Source of the DNA: Paraphysomonas bandaiensis
Lineage: Eukaryota; Protista; Chrysophyceae
Assembly (NCBI GenBank): GCA_965644295.1
Contig: CBFFRP010000258.1
Coordinates: forward strand, 40,303 to 104,302
Length of the DNA stretch: 64,000 nucleotides
Reading direction: 5' to 3'
Shown here: in pieces, positions 50,178 through 62,788 of the stretch
Numbering within the stretch: the stretch's first letter is position 1
How the letters are laid out: each line of letters opens with the position of its first letter
Notes under the pieces: model-generated
Databases searched by the model: none
Told to the model about the DNA's origin: nothing
What the model saw: only the letters and a program-made list of their open reading frames with translations
Position numbers and translations under genes: made by a program

Positions 50178-51493
50178 ATGCCTATTCCTGCACTTGGAAA
50201 GCAAAAAAGTATGGATACGTGCTCGAAAAAAATGCCTGTATTAGGCAGACAGAGGAGTATGGAACTTCTTACCAGAGACCCTCCCACTCTGAAAAAACTA
50301 AAGAGTACGGACATCTCTACCTCATCAGATTCGCTCCCTACGTTGAAACCAGTCTTGCAGCGGCAACAAACAGATTTAAGTAAAGTGAAGAACAAATTTT
50401 CAGAGGGTCAGTTACTACAATATCGTCAATGGTTTGATTCTATGGACACAGATGGAAGTGGAGGTGTCGGGATTGATGAGTTGACCAACACGCTCTTATC
50501 TTCAGGGATAGTAAAATTCAAGAAAGATGTCGAGCGAATATTCAAAGAAATGGATGCAGATAATAATGGAGAGGTATCATTTGACGAATTTGTTTATGCT
50601 ATTGCAGTGAACGATGCGAAACGCCGACTTCAACTTCAAAAGCTAGACAGTCTCGTGAACTCTGACAAAGTCCTATCCACTGAAACACTTCTCTCTGTGG
50701 AGCGTCGTAATGTTCTCATGCAGCATATTGTGGATAAAACTGCGGACCGAATGAGCTATGAGTATCAAGGTTCCCCAGCAGGCCGTGATAAAATTAAACA
50801 CCACAAGAAAGTACTTCGATTGGAACAAACACATGCCAAAGAGCGTGCCGATACTAATGCGATGGTTTACTACCTTGAGCAAGTGGTCAAACAAGTGAAA
50901 GACGACAGGCAAGTGCCATCCAGAAACCATCAAAGACAGGCTATCCCGACAATATCCTCTTTTCATTCTGCAAAAAGTTTACCTTCGTTTCCCGACTCCA
51001 CGTATATGTCTCAGATGATGGGGGTTGAGCAAGTAAGTGGCACTGACGACGTGATAGGACGAAGAGCATTATTTTCGCATGCCAAGGTATGCAATACTAT
51101 GTTTATTAATCCCATTGTTAGCTACGTGATCTACATGTTCTTTTTGTAATCTGTCATATCTAATGATCAACTCATCAGTCGCGAGTATTGGAAGACAGAA
51201 ATTCTGTTGCCACTCCCCTGTCCCCACTTGCACCTGTTGACAGAGAGGAAACTCCTGCTGCTGCCACCCCACTCTCTTCTCTAGTCCATACAGATAGAGT
51301 AGAAGTACCAATTGTTCCTCAACAACTTCCTCAATCATTAGACAGCAACAAGATCATTCTAAGAAAAATTGGTTCTGTTTCGGGTGACGCGAAACCTCGG
51401 CTCAAACTAGGTCGTTTGCCATCATCCCATTCACTAGCGTCATCAAAACCTCATATGAACTCTAAGTGTATTGAGCGATTGGCGTCGTTATAG
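50178..51493 (+). CDS. EF-hand calcium-binding protein (2 EF hands), intron ~51087-51178
   Basis: FDSMDTDGSGGVGIDEL and FKEMDADNNGEVSFDEF; the ORF continues after a GT-AG intron. Confidence 0.75.
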
Positions 51494-52139
51494 TTCGGTG
51501 ACTATCGTGAATTCTTATGTGTGTAATTGTGAGAATATAGGTTGTACGTCATTTTTATTTGATTGCAGAAGTGAACCAAGCATATTCGTTTTGTGTTAAA
51601 CAGTGAATAAAAAGCTTACATTATTGGTGCTCTGATGTAACGCATACCAGAGAATGAATATTTAAGGAAGTTGACGTTCTTTTCTCTCAATTTCAGGGAT
51701 ATGTTACTGGACCAAATCAATTCGGTTGACTTAATCTGCAATGAGGACATGCGGAAATATATTCGTCCCTACTAGATTTAGCCAACGTTCCTACTATAAA
51801 CTAAAAGTGCCATTTGTTCCTACTAAATTGTGCTGACGCTCCCATTAAATTAAAAATGGCAGCTGAGTCTACTATTTTTTTGCATACATTCGTACTAAGT
51901 TACAAATTTTATCGATTCTGTTAAATTTCAATACCTCTCAACCTTCCATTATTAGTTTAGAAGGAACAAATGAGAAATTTAGTAGGCTTAATAATGACTC
52001 CGTGAGAATAGTATGGGTTTGGTGTTTTGTCAAAATAGTCAGTTTTTAGTTAAAAAGTTATCAAAAATTATATTAGCATAATATATATATATAATATAGC
52101 TACGTAGTACAGAAATATAGACTGTAAGGCCGTATGCAT

Positions 52140-53819
52140 ACGCACACACGACGCACTTTCTCCCAGACGTCAGGCACTAGGACATCGATTCAAAGGTGTA
52201 CTGCTTGAAAGCATTGCAGCAAATAACGATTGTACAAGGAACGTAGCCTGAGTACGATCACACCCCGAACGACGTACCTCGGATGAATCTGAGTGGACAT
52301 ACGAAGACAAAGAAATTTACATTGCTGACGCAGTAGCAGGAGAGGACTGGCTTGAGGTAGATAGACTACTGGGACGACAAAATTACACTGTCTGTAACAT
52401 AGAAGTGGACCAAGCAATTGAGCGAATGGTTTATATGGCACTGGCGCCTAACCGGGGAACGACGGCATCGCACCGCATCGCACGAGCCCCCTGCTCACGG
52501 ACTTCCAATCCCTCCGCAGTCAACGGACGCTGGAGGCATACACTACCATCAGAGACCAACGCTACGGTCACAATCCCGACCGGGCACCTGAATATTGGAG
52601 CGACAGTGGGGCACTACTTCCGCGCAAACTGGCACAAGCAGATGGTGGTCCATCAAAGGATAAAGACAGTTCCCACCTGCGCCAGCGAGTACTCAATGCA
52701 GCATTGACATGGGACAAATCTTTCAGCATAGGAAGAAACCTGGCTAAAACCAAACACGGACTCGACCTGGCTAAAGCCGCATGTTCTGACTGCGGATTTC
52801 GACTAGACTCACGCAAGCACATGTGTCTAGACTGTACAAATGACGCCATCACGCAGATAAGGGAGTCTGCATTTCACAGTCACAAAAACGCGCTTCAAGT
52901 AGAACTGAGAAATCCGGTACTACCCCAATGGACCACCACTGCACTACAGCGGCTCTCCAGCAGGGCCTGGAATCCCTCCGTTCCGCAGGTGAAGAGATTC
53001 TGGACGGGTACCATCACAACTACACAACTCGAGACGGTATTTGGAGATCACATCCATGAGTCACTGACACCCCAAGGACTGCGCAGCATCGAATCAGCGG
53101 TCATCAGATTACTTCTACCGCTTTTCGCTGCAGCAAAGCTAATGATCCAAGACCGAAGTAGAAGATACGTTACCCTACAGAAAGGACCCCCGAGGCTACT
53201 ACCGCGAAGGCGTCCTAAACATAGGCAGAAAGGGAAACGCCCAAGGGTGCTACGATTCCTAGGAATCCACAGACGAACCGAGACTGGAACACCGCCCACT
53301 GCACACACGAACCCCACCACTCATACACACAGGAAAATAGCACCGGACCGCATAAAACCATCAGGCCCTAGGCAGCGGCGACGCCGTCTACGGCAACTCC
53401 ACATATGCCTGACGCCCAGACGGTGCACGGAGACATCGCCACATTCCACCACACCATCCACCTCTCAGCTCTCACATCTAGTGCTCGGTACATTCAGGAC
53501 CTTAATGCAGAACCCTGTGTACCTCCGAGCCTGGTGGAATCTCATCCCAAGGGGAGACCCCCGGACAACGAGCGCCAGTGAGTCCAAAGACACACGAGCA
53601 GGGCGAAACTCACAAACAACACTAAGAACGGAAGTGGTCGCACCTTGGTGCTTGCGGCGACGCACGAGCAGCTTCTGTAGCGTTAAATATAGTAGGATAA
53701 TAGAATTTGTGCTGATTAGTTATGGGTAGCGGTCTAACTAGTATGACTAGCATTCAACTAGCCACTACTTTGGTGCAGGTTTTTAACGCCAATTGCAAAA
53801 TAAAAAGACTTTTAATATA
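52140..53819 (+). mobile_element. Decayed 3' part of a related non-LTR retrotransposon
   Basis: RSHPERRTSDESEWTYEDKEIYIADAVAGEDW matches RSHPERRTPDQSKWTYNDHGIYIADAAASGDW at ~46000; WDKSFSIGRN, CSDC..H..C; same 3' motif at 53636. Confidence 0.78.
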
Positions 53820-54743
53820 CCAGTACGTTTACAGTTTACACTAATGTAGCATAGTTCAGGTACTTTATCCAGCAATTTAAATCAGGGGGATAGAAAGATG
53901 CATACCTATGCCAGGGCGCCAGGAGGTAGTCCACCGTGTTGCGTTACGCTGGGTGAAATGATATATTCATAATATTATAATTGAAGTAACTTTTAATATA
54001 AATTACTGATGAATTCGAAAAGATTAATGTTATAGATGACATGAATGAGATTAGACAGCTTTTCAAAAAGTAGACCAGTGTATGTATATCAAAATGAATC
54101 TTCCAAAGAATGCTGAGTTTCTTGGCCTACAGAATAAGTTTAGGAGAAACCACTAGTAATGTCATGGATATATAGGATTAAAGTGTTATACATAGAATTA
54201 AAGTAGGAGTAAAATATGTGCATTGCAGAAGTTTGTAGACATATTTTCCTGTCGTCTACTACAGTAGTAGAAGAGTTACCCTATATTATTATACAGTATA
54301 TCTATAAATACAAGAAGGGCGGATATATCATACGCAGTGGGAGTATAGTCACAGTTTTCAATGGAAGTGAATATCGCTGTACTGTAATTCTAAATCTACT
54401 TGAAGAAAGAGTCGTCGGAAGAAAGAGATATACAGGGGGGATTCGAAATAAACAACTGTCTGATGAATGCTATGCTAAGTTAAGCTAGTTAGCTAGCTAG
54501 ATGCTCTAATTAGATGCATATGAACACTTATATAAAATGCTATCTTGAAATACATAGGCGTTGCTTATTCTAATTTACTTGTACAGTTACACACAAATTA
54601 CCAAAAAAAATCATGATTTTTACCAAATATATATCGAATAGTGAAATAGATACAATTTTGAAAATAGCATAGCTATACGAAATAATCGAATTAGAACGTC
54701 ATCATATACAGCGCAAACAAAACACAATGACATAACAGTGACA

Positions 54744-55290
54744 ATGACAAAACAGCCAAGAGCCCACACTCCTCCCAAGGCAGCATTTGTCGACGACACC
54801 ACAGAACAATGGACCTTCTACTCTCCGTCTGGCCTCAATGCCATGACGCTATACCCCTCAGAGCTACAACGTCTACTTGAACTCTCCAGAGCGTCCGCCA
54901 CTCGCAGTAATATCAAAACTCTAGTCGCCACCTGCCTTAAGAAAGGAGAGATATGCACCGCTAGGAAATACACGACAGCTGAGGTTAACACCACCCCTGG
55001 TAATGGTTTCTGTGGGATAGGAGCACTAGGTCCACTCCTCCCGGAATACTCCACCATACACTCAACCCGACCCACTAAGGGACCACTGCTCAACCCTGAT
55101 GACCCCATAGACAACGAATACTTACAGGAGCTGCTCAACTACAGTCAGGCTGTGATTATATCCCTCCCAGACCAAATAATCGAAGAGGTGGGAGACAGGG
55201 CAGTTATCGACTTCCTACTTGAGTTAATCGACGCTTACCGCATAGCTCTCTCCGCTGACGTGCCTACAAAGACAGGTCTCCCACCTCAAT
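54744..55290 (+). pseudogene. OTU-like cysteine protease ORF, 5' part (interrupted by Gypsy; resumes 63800-64000)
   Basis: TPGNGFCGIGAL. Removing the Gypsy and one TSD restores the frame: PPQ|YWAQTDALMLMAETHGIHIRIW...IFCCNQHF. Confidence 0.6.
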
Positions 55291-56296
55291 TGTGACCACG
55301 TGGCATTTCCCATGCCCTATCTACGTGGCTATAGTAACACGCTATTGAGTCACATGCATGGTTACATTGACTTTTAGGACCCTATGTTGGTTTAGGACCC
55401 TATATCAGGACCCTATATATTGCTTTAGGACCTTCATTGTGTTCAGGATACATATTATGCAACACCATTTGGACATTGGTAATGTACCACAGTGTACCTA
55501 CATATTGAGCCAACGTTCGGGTATGATGTCCAATTTTTATCTGCTGATGATGATGTACGACTATGATCTGCTGCTGGTGACTTCGGTTGATGTGAAACCT
55601 GCTGCAAATTTATATCAAAGTTATGTGGGCCCGTATTCCTGTATAGCAGTTGCAGTACATACTTCCATATAAATACATACATGTATTACCCGTACTACCC
55701 TATAGGGGGGCAAGTACATGTGACCATCAAAGGAGAGAAGTCGCTATTATACACTTGAGGTGCACGAGTGTTCATGCAAGGCTTATTGGGGTTCGATTGC
55801 AAATGTGGTGTGCGTACTATACGTACTATACGTACCGTATTTATGTATTTCCTGGATTATGGGGTTTTCAGTCTCTGGTAGGGTATAGATACGTAGTATA
55901 CGGTGTACTCTAGGCATATGCTGGTGAGTCACTCCCTGTCAGGTTGCTGTGTATTTTTCAGTTTTGATTGAAGAGTTGCGCAACCTGTGGTGGTGTGATG
56001 ACACCACGTGTGTTGCACCATGTTAGGAGTGTGTGTGTGTGCATATGTGCTTCTATGGTGTTTATCACTTGTTTAAGTTAGACCAAAGCTTGGTGCTAGT
56101 GATCTTGGGTACCAGCGGTATACCATTGCGCGGTGACTCTTCGCGGGAGTCACTAACTGAGTTTAGGTCTAAACTTGGAAAAAAGTGTTTTAATAATAAT
56201 ACCGTTATTACTGTGCTTGTTGGTTCAGTGTAGGTGTTGTTGTAGTTTTATTGTTTACGAGCCAACACCCTGGTTATCAAACCGGGTGTTGTTACA
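55291..56296 (+). repeat. 5' LTR (1006 bp)
   Basis: TGTGACCACG...GTTGTTACA; internal (T)AGGACCCTAT tandem. Confidence 0.95.
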
Positions 56297-56812
56297 GTAA
56301 ATATTTACTTTACTGCTCGTACAGAAATTTCTGTCTTTGCGCTGTTGTTTCACACTCTTATAAGAAACTAACTGCGACACGCTTCTTTGGGCTTGATTCT
56401 TTGGGCTTGTTGTCTGTTGCCTTCGGTTGCCGGTTGTTGTTGGTTGTCTGTTGTTCTCTGGGTGTGAGTTGTCAGTAGTCGTTCTCTAGGCTCTTTGTTC
56501 AGTGGTGATTGTTTGATTCACAGTGTGGTGACTGAGGAAATTCGGTTCTTTTCGAAGTCAATCGACCGTGGATACCGCCTGTGTGTTAACTGTTGTCACT
56601 TGTACAAATCCGACGGGTTCAACGGTTTTGAGTGTTGAGTGTTGAGTGTTGAGTTTTTGGATTCTTACGCAGGGTTGTCTTTGGGATTTGTCTTGGTGTG
56701 TTGTTGAGTTCTGGGTCAGTGGTTCTAGGAGTTGCCAGGGTTGCTTGTCTCAGTGTGTTAGGGAAAAGTTTGGTGGATATAGTCTTTGAGGCGGAAGTTC
56801 TTCTCATTAACC

Positions 56813-58621
56813 ATGTCTACTCCGACTGGTAAAACGAGGAGAGGCGGCAAGAAAACTCCTGGGAAAGATCAGGAAGCCGCTGGTAGTGGTGAAACCAAAC
56901 AAGATGCTGCTGGAGGTGTGCAGGATGTCGTTCAGGAGTCTTCTGCTCCAAACATCAATCCAAACCAGGAGATTTTGGACACAGTTCGTGCCATGTCTCA
57001 GTCTTTTACAGAGGTGGCTACTGCAGTGTCTAACCTCAGCAGCAGGATGCAAATATTGGAGAATAGAGTACAAAATGTTGAGGATGGTGAGAGCAGTCAG
57101 TCTCAGGCTTCTGTGGGCTCACATCAGCGGCAAAAGGTTACCAAGCGCACGTCGAAACACAAACGTCAGCCGAGGTATTCCACTCTGGAAAACATGGCTA
57201 AGTTTCGCATGATTCCTCAGGAAGATAATAGCAACAAGGAGGACGATGGTTCGAATCCCGATGTTGATGGTGATGGTGCTAATGATGTGCCTACCCTCAT
57301 GGATAACATCTTCAAGGGCAAGAAAGCGGGCAAGTTATTCAGGGATTTGAAGAAAAGTTCTGAGGTGGCTAGTGCCAAAACAGTTACCATAACTAGAGAG
57401 GAAAGGAGGTGTCATGTTCGCATCAATGACTTCAAGTTGGGTAAAGTGGCGAAAGCGATCAAAGACATCTTAGAGTTTCAAGAGCAAGAAGAAACTGAGG
57501 TGCGAATTCAAAAGGTACTTTCAACCAGTTTGAAGGCACATCTGCGGAATGTGTACAGCATCACACATGCGCAGCTAGCACAAATGGATGTTTCGGATTT
57601 GCTTCTCATTGTGGCTCAGGAGACCAAAGTGTTCAATTGCGTGGCATTTTATAATGAACTCAGAGATTCATTGAAACATATCCAAATTATGGACTGGAAG
57701 TATGTAAATGCTGTGACTTTTGAGGCATTCTATCATCAGCAATTGAACTTGATGCAGTCGTTCCAAACAATGTTGTCTATCATGTTGGTCTCAAACAAAA
57801 CATGGTGTCCTCGTATCGATGACAAAGAGTACGGATTGATAAGACTCTTTAAGACTTTGAATGACGGGACCTATGTTAAGTATGTGTTGGGGTGCATGTC
57901 GACAAATAAATTTGACTCTATGAGCGAATTTTTCAAAGAGTATTCGGCTGTACTCTTGGATCATTATCAAGTAACCATCGCGTACCGACAGTTACCTATG
58001 GAGTCGACTACGATGTTTCAACAGAAGCACGAGGACTATCTTAAGAGGAGAAAGGAACTATTCTCTCAACAGTCCAACAAACCTTCGTTGAACAGTCGTG
58101 TTGATTCTAAACCAAGGGTTTCGCAAGTGTCACATCTAGATACTTACGATGAGTCTGGTGCAAACTATAACGATGAGTGGGATGATAATGATGGGTATGT
58201 ACCCAATGATGATGATTTGTGGGATGCTCCGAGTGAGACTTGGCGGTCCAGCAATCTGGAGGTACATGACGATAAACAAGTCGCTATGATGACAGATGTG
58301 AAACCAATGTCGGGTAAGGACGCAGCAGTTGATGAGGAGCGTCGTTTTAACTCTGATAGGTCTCTGTCAGCCATGCATTCTAGACCAACAGGTGCTCAGA
58401 ATAACAAGACCGATAAGTATGGGTGTCTTAGGAAAATCATGTATGGCAAGTGCGACAAAACAGACTGTCCTTATAATCATAATGCGAAATGTCTGTTGGA
58501 TTCTGCGTCCGAAATGCGGGACAAGATCGATGCGTATCTTAAGTCTGCGGGAAGTTCGGAGCAGAGGGACAAACAACCGACCATCTTGAGGAGGGATCAC
58601 TTCGGTGATTCCCGCCCTTGA
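56813..58621 (+). CDS. gag: Gag-like protein with a C-terminal CCCH finger
   Basis: First long ORF after the LTR; coiled coil; C-x8-C-x4-C-x3-H at 58424-58480. Confidence 0.8.
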   Translation: MSTPTGKTRRGGKKTPGKDQEAAGSGETKQDAAGGVQDVVQESSAPNINPNQEILDTVRAMSQSFTEVATAVSNLSSRMQILENRVQNVEDGESSQSQASVGSHQRQKVTKRTSKHKRQPRYSTLENMAKFRMIPQEDNSNKEDDGSNPDVDGDGANDVPTLMDNIFKGKKAGKLFRDLKKSSEVASAKTVTITREERRCHVRINDFKLGKVAKAIKDILEFQEQEETEVRIQKVLSTSLKAHLRNVYSITHAQLAQMDVSDLLLIVAQETKVFNCVAFYNELRDSLKHIQIMDWKYVNAVTFEAFYHQQLNLMQSFQTMLSIMLVSNKTWCPRIDDKEYGLIRLFKTLNDGTYVKYVLGCMSTNKFDSMSEFFKEYSAVLLDHYQVTIAYRQLPMESTTMFQQKHEDYLKRRKELFSQQSNKPSLNSRVDSKPRVSQVSHLDTYDESGANYNDEWDDNDGYVPNDDDLWDAPSETWRSSNLEVHDDKQVAMMTDVKPMSGKDAAVDEERRFNSDRSLSAMHSRPTGAQNNKTDKYGCLRKIMYGKCDKTDCPYNHNAKCLLDSASEMRDKIDAYLKSAGSSEQRDKQPTILRRDHFGDSRP

Positions 58622-61600
58622 TGGTTCGGTGGATGTGACGATACAGACAAGGAGGATTCCAATTCAAAGACTCGGGATGAGAATGATGAATGTTCAGTGC
58701 ATTCTAATGATCTTAATGAGTTTGCGAATTCCTCCAATGTCTGTATCGGGGATCAGGCTAAGCTGTATGCCTGCTATCCTTCATCCAAGAGCTTCTCTTC
58801 AGCGCACACTATAGGAAGGATTACTTTAGATAGAAAATTTGGAATAGAGGAGTTAGTAAAAATATTGTGTGACACTGGAGCCCTCTCAGCCAATTATGTG
58901 TCGAGGGATTTGGTGGACAGATTGCGGAACAAACTAGAACCGAGCCGTTTTTATAAAGCTAAACACCGTGTGGTATTGGCGGATAGTAGAACGGTGAAGG
59001 ATCTCAATGAAGGAGTCAGATTAAATTTAGTGCTGACTGATCCGAAGAGTCATACCTATCAATATACGGGTGAATTCTTTGTGATTGATATGACGAGTAA
59101 TGATATTATTTTGGGGTTGCCTGCGCTGACTGGAAAATTATATCCTTTCATGTGTGCTGTTATGCGTGAGGCACATGACACTCAAATCGAGGGTGTCTCC
59201 GATAATGAAAATTCGAATGTGTTGTCATCTCTGGCAGGGGACACGGTTGACTCTGATGACCGTGTGCACCCATGGTCAAGAGCGAGTGATGCTATTGCCC
59301 CAGAGGATGAGGAAACTGAGTTACCGGTTCAATTCAAGGATGCGTTGACATTCTTAGGAAAGTCTAGGAGGAAGCCCTCCAAGACTATCATGAGCAGATA
59401 GAGACTCATGTCAGTGATGAAATGAAAAGTGAAACTAAGATTATGGAATTGTTGTCAACGAAGGCTGAAAAAGTGTTCGTGCCTGACGAATGGAGCGGTG
59501 TGAGAGGTGTGGACCCTTTGTCTCTAAAATGGAAAAGCACTCTCCCGGACCGAATGAAACCAAAGGCTCGCCCGATCAATCCTAAGCTGTGGGAGGCTTC
59601 GGAGAAGGAGTTTCGGCGACTGTGTGGCTATTTCTACCGAAAGAGTCGTTCTCCTTGGGCTTCATGCCTAGTGGTCGCTCCCAAAGCCACTCCTCCATAT
59701 ATCCGTTTTTGTGGTGACTATGTGCAAATTAACAAGCACATGGAAGTGGGAAATTATACGATTCCTAATGTTAAGCATGAGTTGGACAAGATTATCAACT
59801 TTCCGCTATACATGGATATAGATTTAACAAATGCTTTTCATCAAATTCCATTAGATGATGAAACTTCTGAGCGCCTATCCATTCAGACGCCTTGGGGGCA
59901 ATTTGCTCCTAATTTCATGCCAGAGGGTATTGCTCCGGCCACGGGAGTTTTACAGGAAACTGTGAGAGAAATATTCGATGATTTCTCTGAGTGGGCCATA
60001 GTCATTTTCGATAACATGCTTATATTGGCTAATGATGCCAAGGATGCTTATGAGAAGTTCGAAAAGATTATTGACAGATGTATTGAAAGGAATGTGAAAC
60101 TTAAAATGCCAAAAAGCTGGTTGGGGTTTAGAAAAGTGGATTTCTTTGGATATGTTTGCCGTCACAAGTCATATGAGGTTAATCCCGATAAGAAGGAGGC
60201 TCTCGGCAAGATTCCAATGCCTACTAACACCAAACAGGCCAGATCGTTGCTGGGTAAAGGGGTATTCTTTTCTAGTTTTACGCCTAGATACTCTGACTTA
60301 GTTGCTCACTTGACTGACATGACAAAGTCGAGTTTCAATTGGGATAAGTCCACATGGCGGCATGACTACGAGGCAGAGTATCGTCGTTTCATTGCTGGAC
60401 TACAAGACGCTTGTGAGCTGTTTTATCCTGATTATAATCTTGAGTGGACATTGCGTACTGACGCTAGTGAGTTGGGAATAGGTTCAGTGTTATTGCAAAA
60501 GAAAATATTAGAGGATGGGAGCATACAGTGGCAGCCTATAGCTTTCATTTCCAAAAGTTTTCTGCCCAAGCTCAGAAGTGGTCAACTATAGAGCAAGAGG
60601 CATATGGAATTTTCTACAGTGTTAAACACTTGGCTTATTACTTAATAGGCAAGCAATTCACAATTGAGACCGACCATAACAATCTATTGTGGATGGAATC
60701 TTCGGATGTTCCAAAGATTACACGATGGAGGATATTCTTGCAGTCTTTCAACTTCAGCATTCGTCATATATCTGGTGCCAAGAATTGGTTGGCGGACTGG
60801 TTATCTAGAGAGCATCAGGTCGCTGTACTCTCTGGAATATTCCCAGAGGAGGAATATGATGACGCCTATTTCATGGGGGATGACTGTAATGAGTATGAGT
60901 ACTTTAACTTTCTGGGTAACTTTATGAACCCGGATGATCGAGAGATTGAGGACCCTCCAACATCTCATGTATCACCGGAGACGGCGTTGTGTGAGGTTCA
61001 TAACGCGCGAGTTGGACACATGGGGGGAAGGGCTACCTGGATACGCTTAAACAAAGAGTTCCCGGGTCATAATATTCCTTACAAGGTTGTTGAGGATTAT
61101 ATCTCTAAGTGCCCAAATTGTGTGAAAACGAGGTTGGCTATGAAGGAGGCTCTTATTCCGATCGTACGAAATCTCAAGCCCCCAAATGCTCGTAGCGCGA
61201 TTGGTATAGATGCTGTTGAGATCACACCTCACGGTGCAGAGGGATATACACATATCAACGTGGTGGTCAATCTTTTCACCAAGTTTGTGTACCTTGAACC
61301 TGTCAAAGGTGTGACGGCTCTTAATCTTGCAAATACTATATGGAAATACTGGAGTCATTACGGTCACACAGATCTAATAATCTCGGATCAAGGACCGGAT
61401 TTGACTTCAGATTTGTTCAAACAGTTGACGGAGTACATGGGTGTTCGGCACACTTTTAGTATCGCCAATCGCCATGCAAATGGTTGTGAAAGAATTATTG
61501 GAGAAGTAGTTCGACATCTACGTGCTCTGGTCTATGATTACAGTGAACGGGAGGAACGAAAAGACATCTTTGAGGACCCTAGTTGGTTAGCAAGTGTTCA

Positions 61601-62603
61601 ATATCTTCTAAATTCTGAAGTGTCTTCGGAAACAGGATTTTCGCCTTTTGAGTTGACGTTTGGCTCAAAGGATCTTGACTATTTGAACATGGATATCAAA
61701 GATCTTCCAGATCGGGCGCATGCTAGACTCACTGCGCTTAATGATCAGTTAGCCCAACTCCGAGAGGCTTCCAAAGCTTATCAGCAAAAGTTAGCCACGG
61801 AAAGGGCAGGAACAGGTGTGCATCCCGATAGACAGAATAGGTATCAACCGGGAGATTTTGTCTTATTCGACAAAGGGGCAAAGGTTCATCCCAAGATGTC
61901 TCACCGGTATATGGGACCTTTCTCAGTCAAGTCCCAGTACAAGAATGACGTAGACTGTCAACATCTCGCCACTGGGCAAGTGGTTCGTGTTTCCGTGAGT
62001 GATGTTAAATTGTTTCCGGGAGATTCTGATGCTGCTTATAAAATGGCTTTACGGGATCAGGATCAACATGTTATTGATGAAATCCTTTACTACCGTGGTG
62101 ATAGAGAGGTTCGATCTACCATGGTTTTCACTGTGCGTTTTCAAGATGGAGATGTCCGAGAAGTCCCTTACAGCAAGGATATTTTTGATTCCGTTCCTTA
62201 TGCTGAATTCTGTTCTCGAAAACGATATCTTTACCATCTTATTTATACTGCTGACTATGCAAAGAAATACATCGCGGATTTCCGCCGGCAACCGATCACT
62301 CAGTTTCAACCTGGTGATCTAGCCTATGTTGATTTGCGAATTTATGGTGATGCTTGGTACGATGAGTTGGAATTACCAGATTCTCATCTCATTACTTATG
62401 TAGCTCCTATCCAGTTCACACACTGGTATCACAAGAGCTCTAAGCGAGTTTTATCGGTGAAGGATCTTCTCACTCTCCGTACCTACCGTTATGATAATTA
62501 CCTAGTGCATTGCTTTGTTCATTCCGAGGTGAATGCTAGCACAATGGTACTCGTGGACGAGGATTTTGCCAACAAATATCCTCAGGTCCGTGCGTCTTAT
62601 TAA
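58622..62603 (+). CDS. pol: Pol (PR, RT, RNase H, integrase, chromodomain-like), broken by two 1-nt deletions (~59367, ~60555)
   Basis: LCDTGA; RFCGDY, DLTNAFHQ, MPEGI, IFDN; TDAS, EQEAYG, TDHNNL, ADWLSR; H-H-C-C, IGID, SDQG, NGCER; GPF; VIDEILYYRG..VRFQDG. Confidence 0.93.
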
Positions 62604-62788
62604 GTTCCACGCTGGACACATTATTCTTATTGCTCTCTCAATTCCATTCCATATCAAATTATTATTATATAACTTATAATTCTCCGGGGATTTTCGTTTT
62701 GACGGCTACGTAACACCTAGTCCCGTTGGCATTTGTGAATACCGGAGGCATGCTATTCTGTAGACAACCAAAACGGGGGAGGAGGCAG

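Noticed and set aside
55358-56478. Small ORFs within the LTRs/leader (duplicated at 62856-63732)
   Set aside because: No domain signatures; the duplication is explained by the LTRs
59360-60560. Programmed frameshifts within Gypsy pol (~59367, ~60555)
   Set aside because: Each is fixed by adding one base to a short G or A run, and the second falls inside the RNase H domain. More likely sequencing/assembly indels or recent mutations
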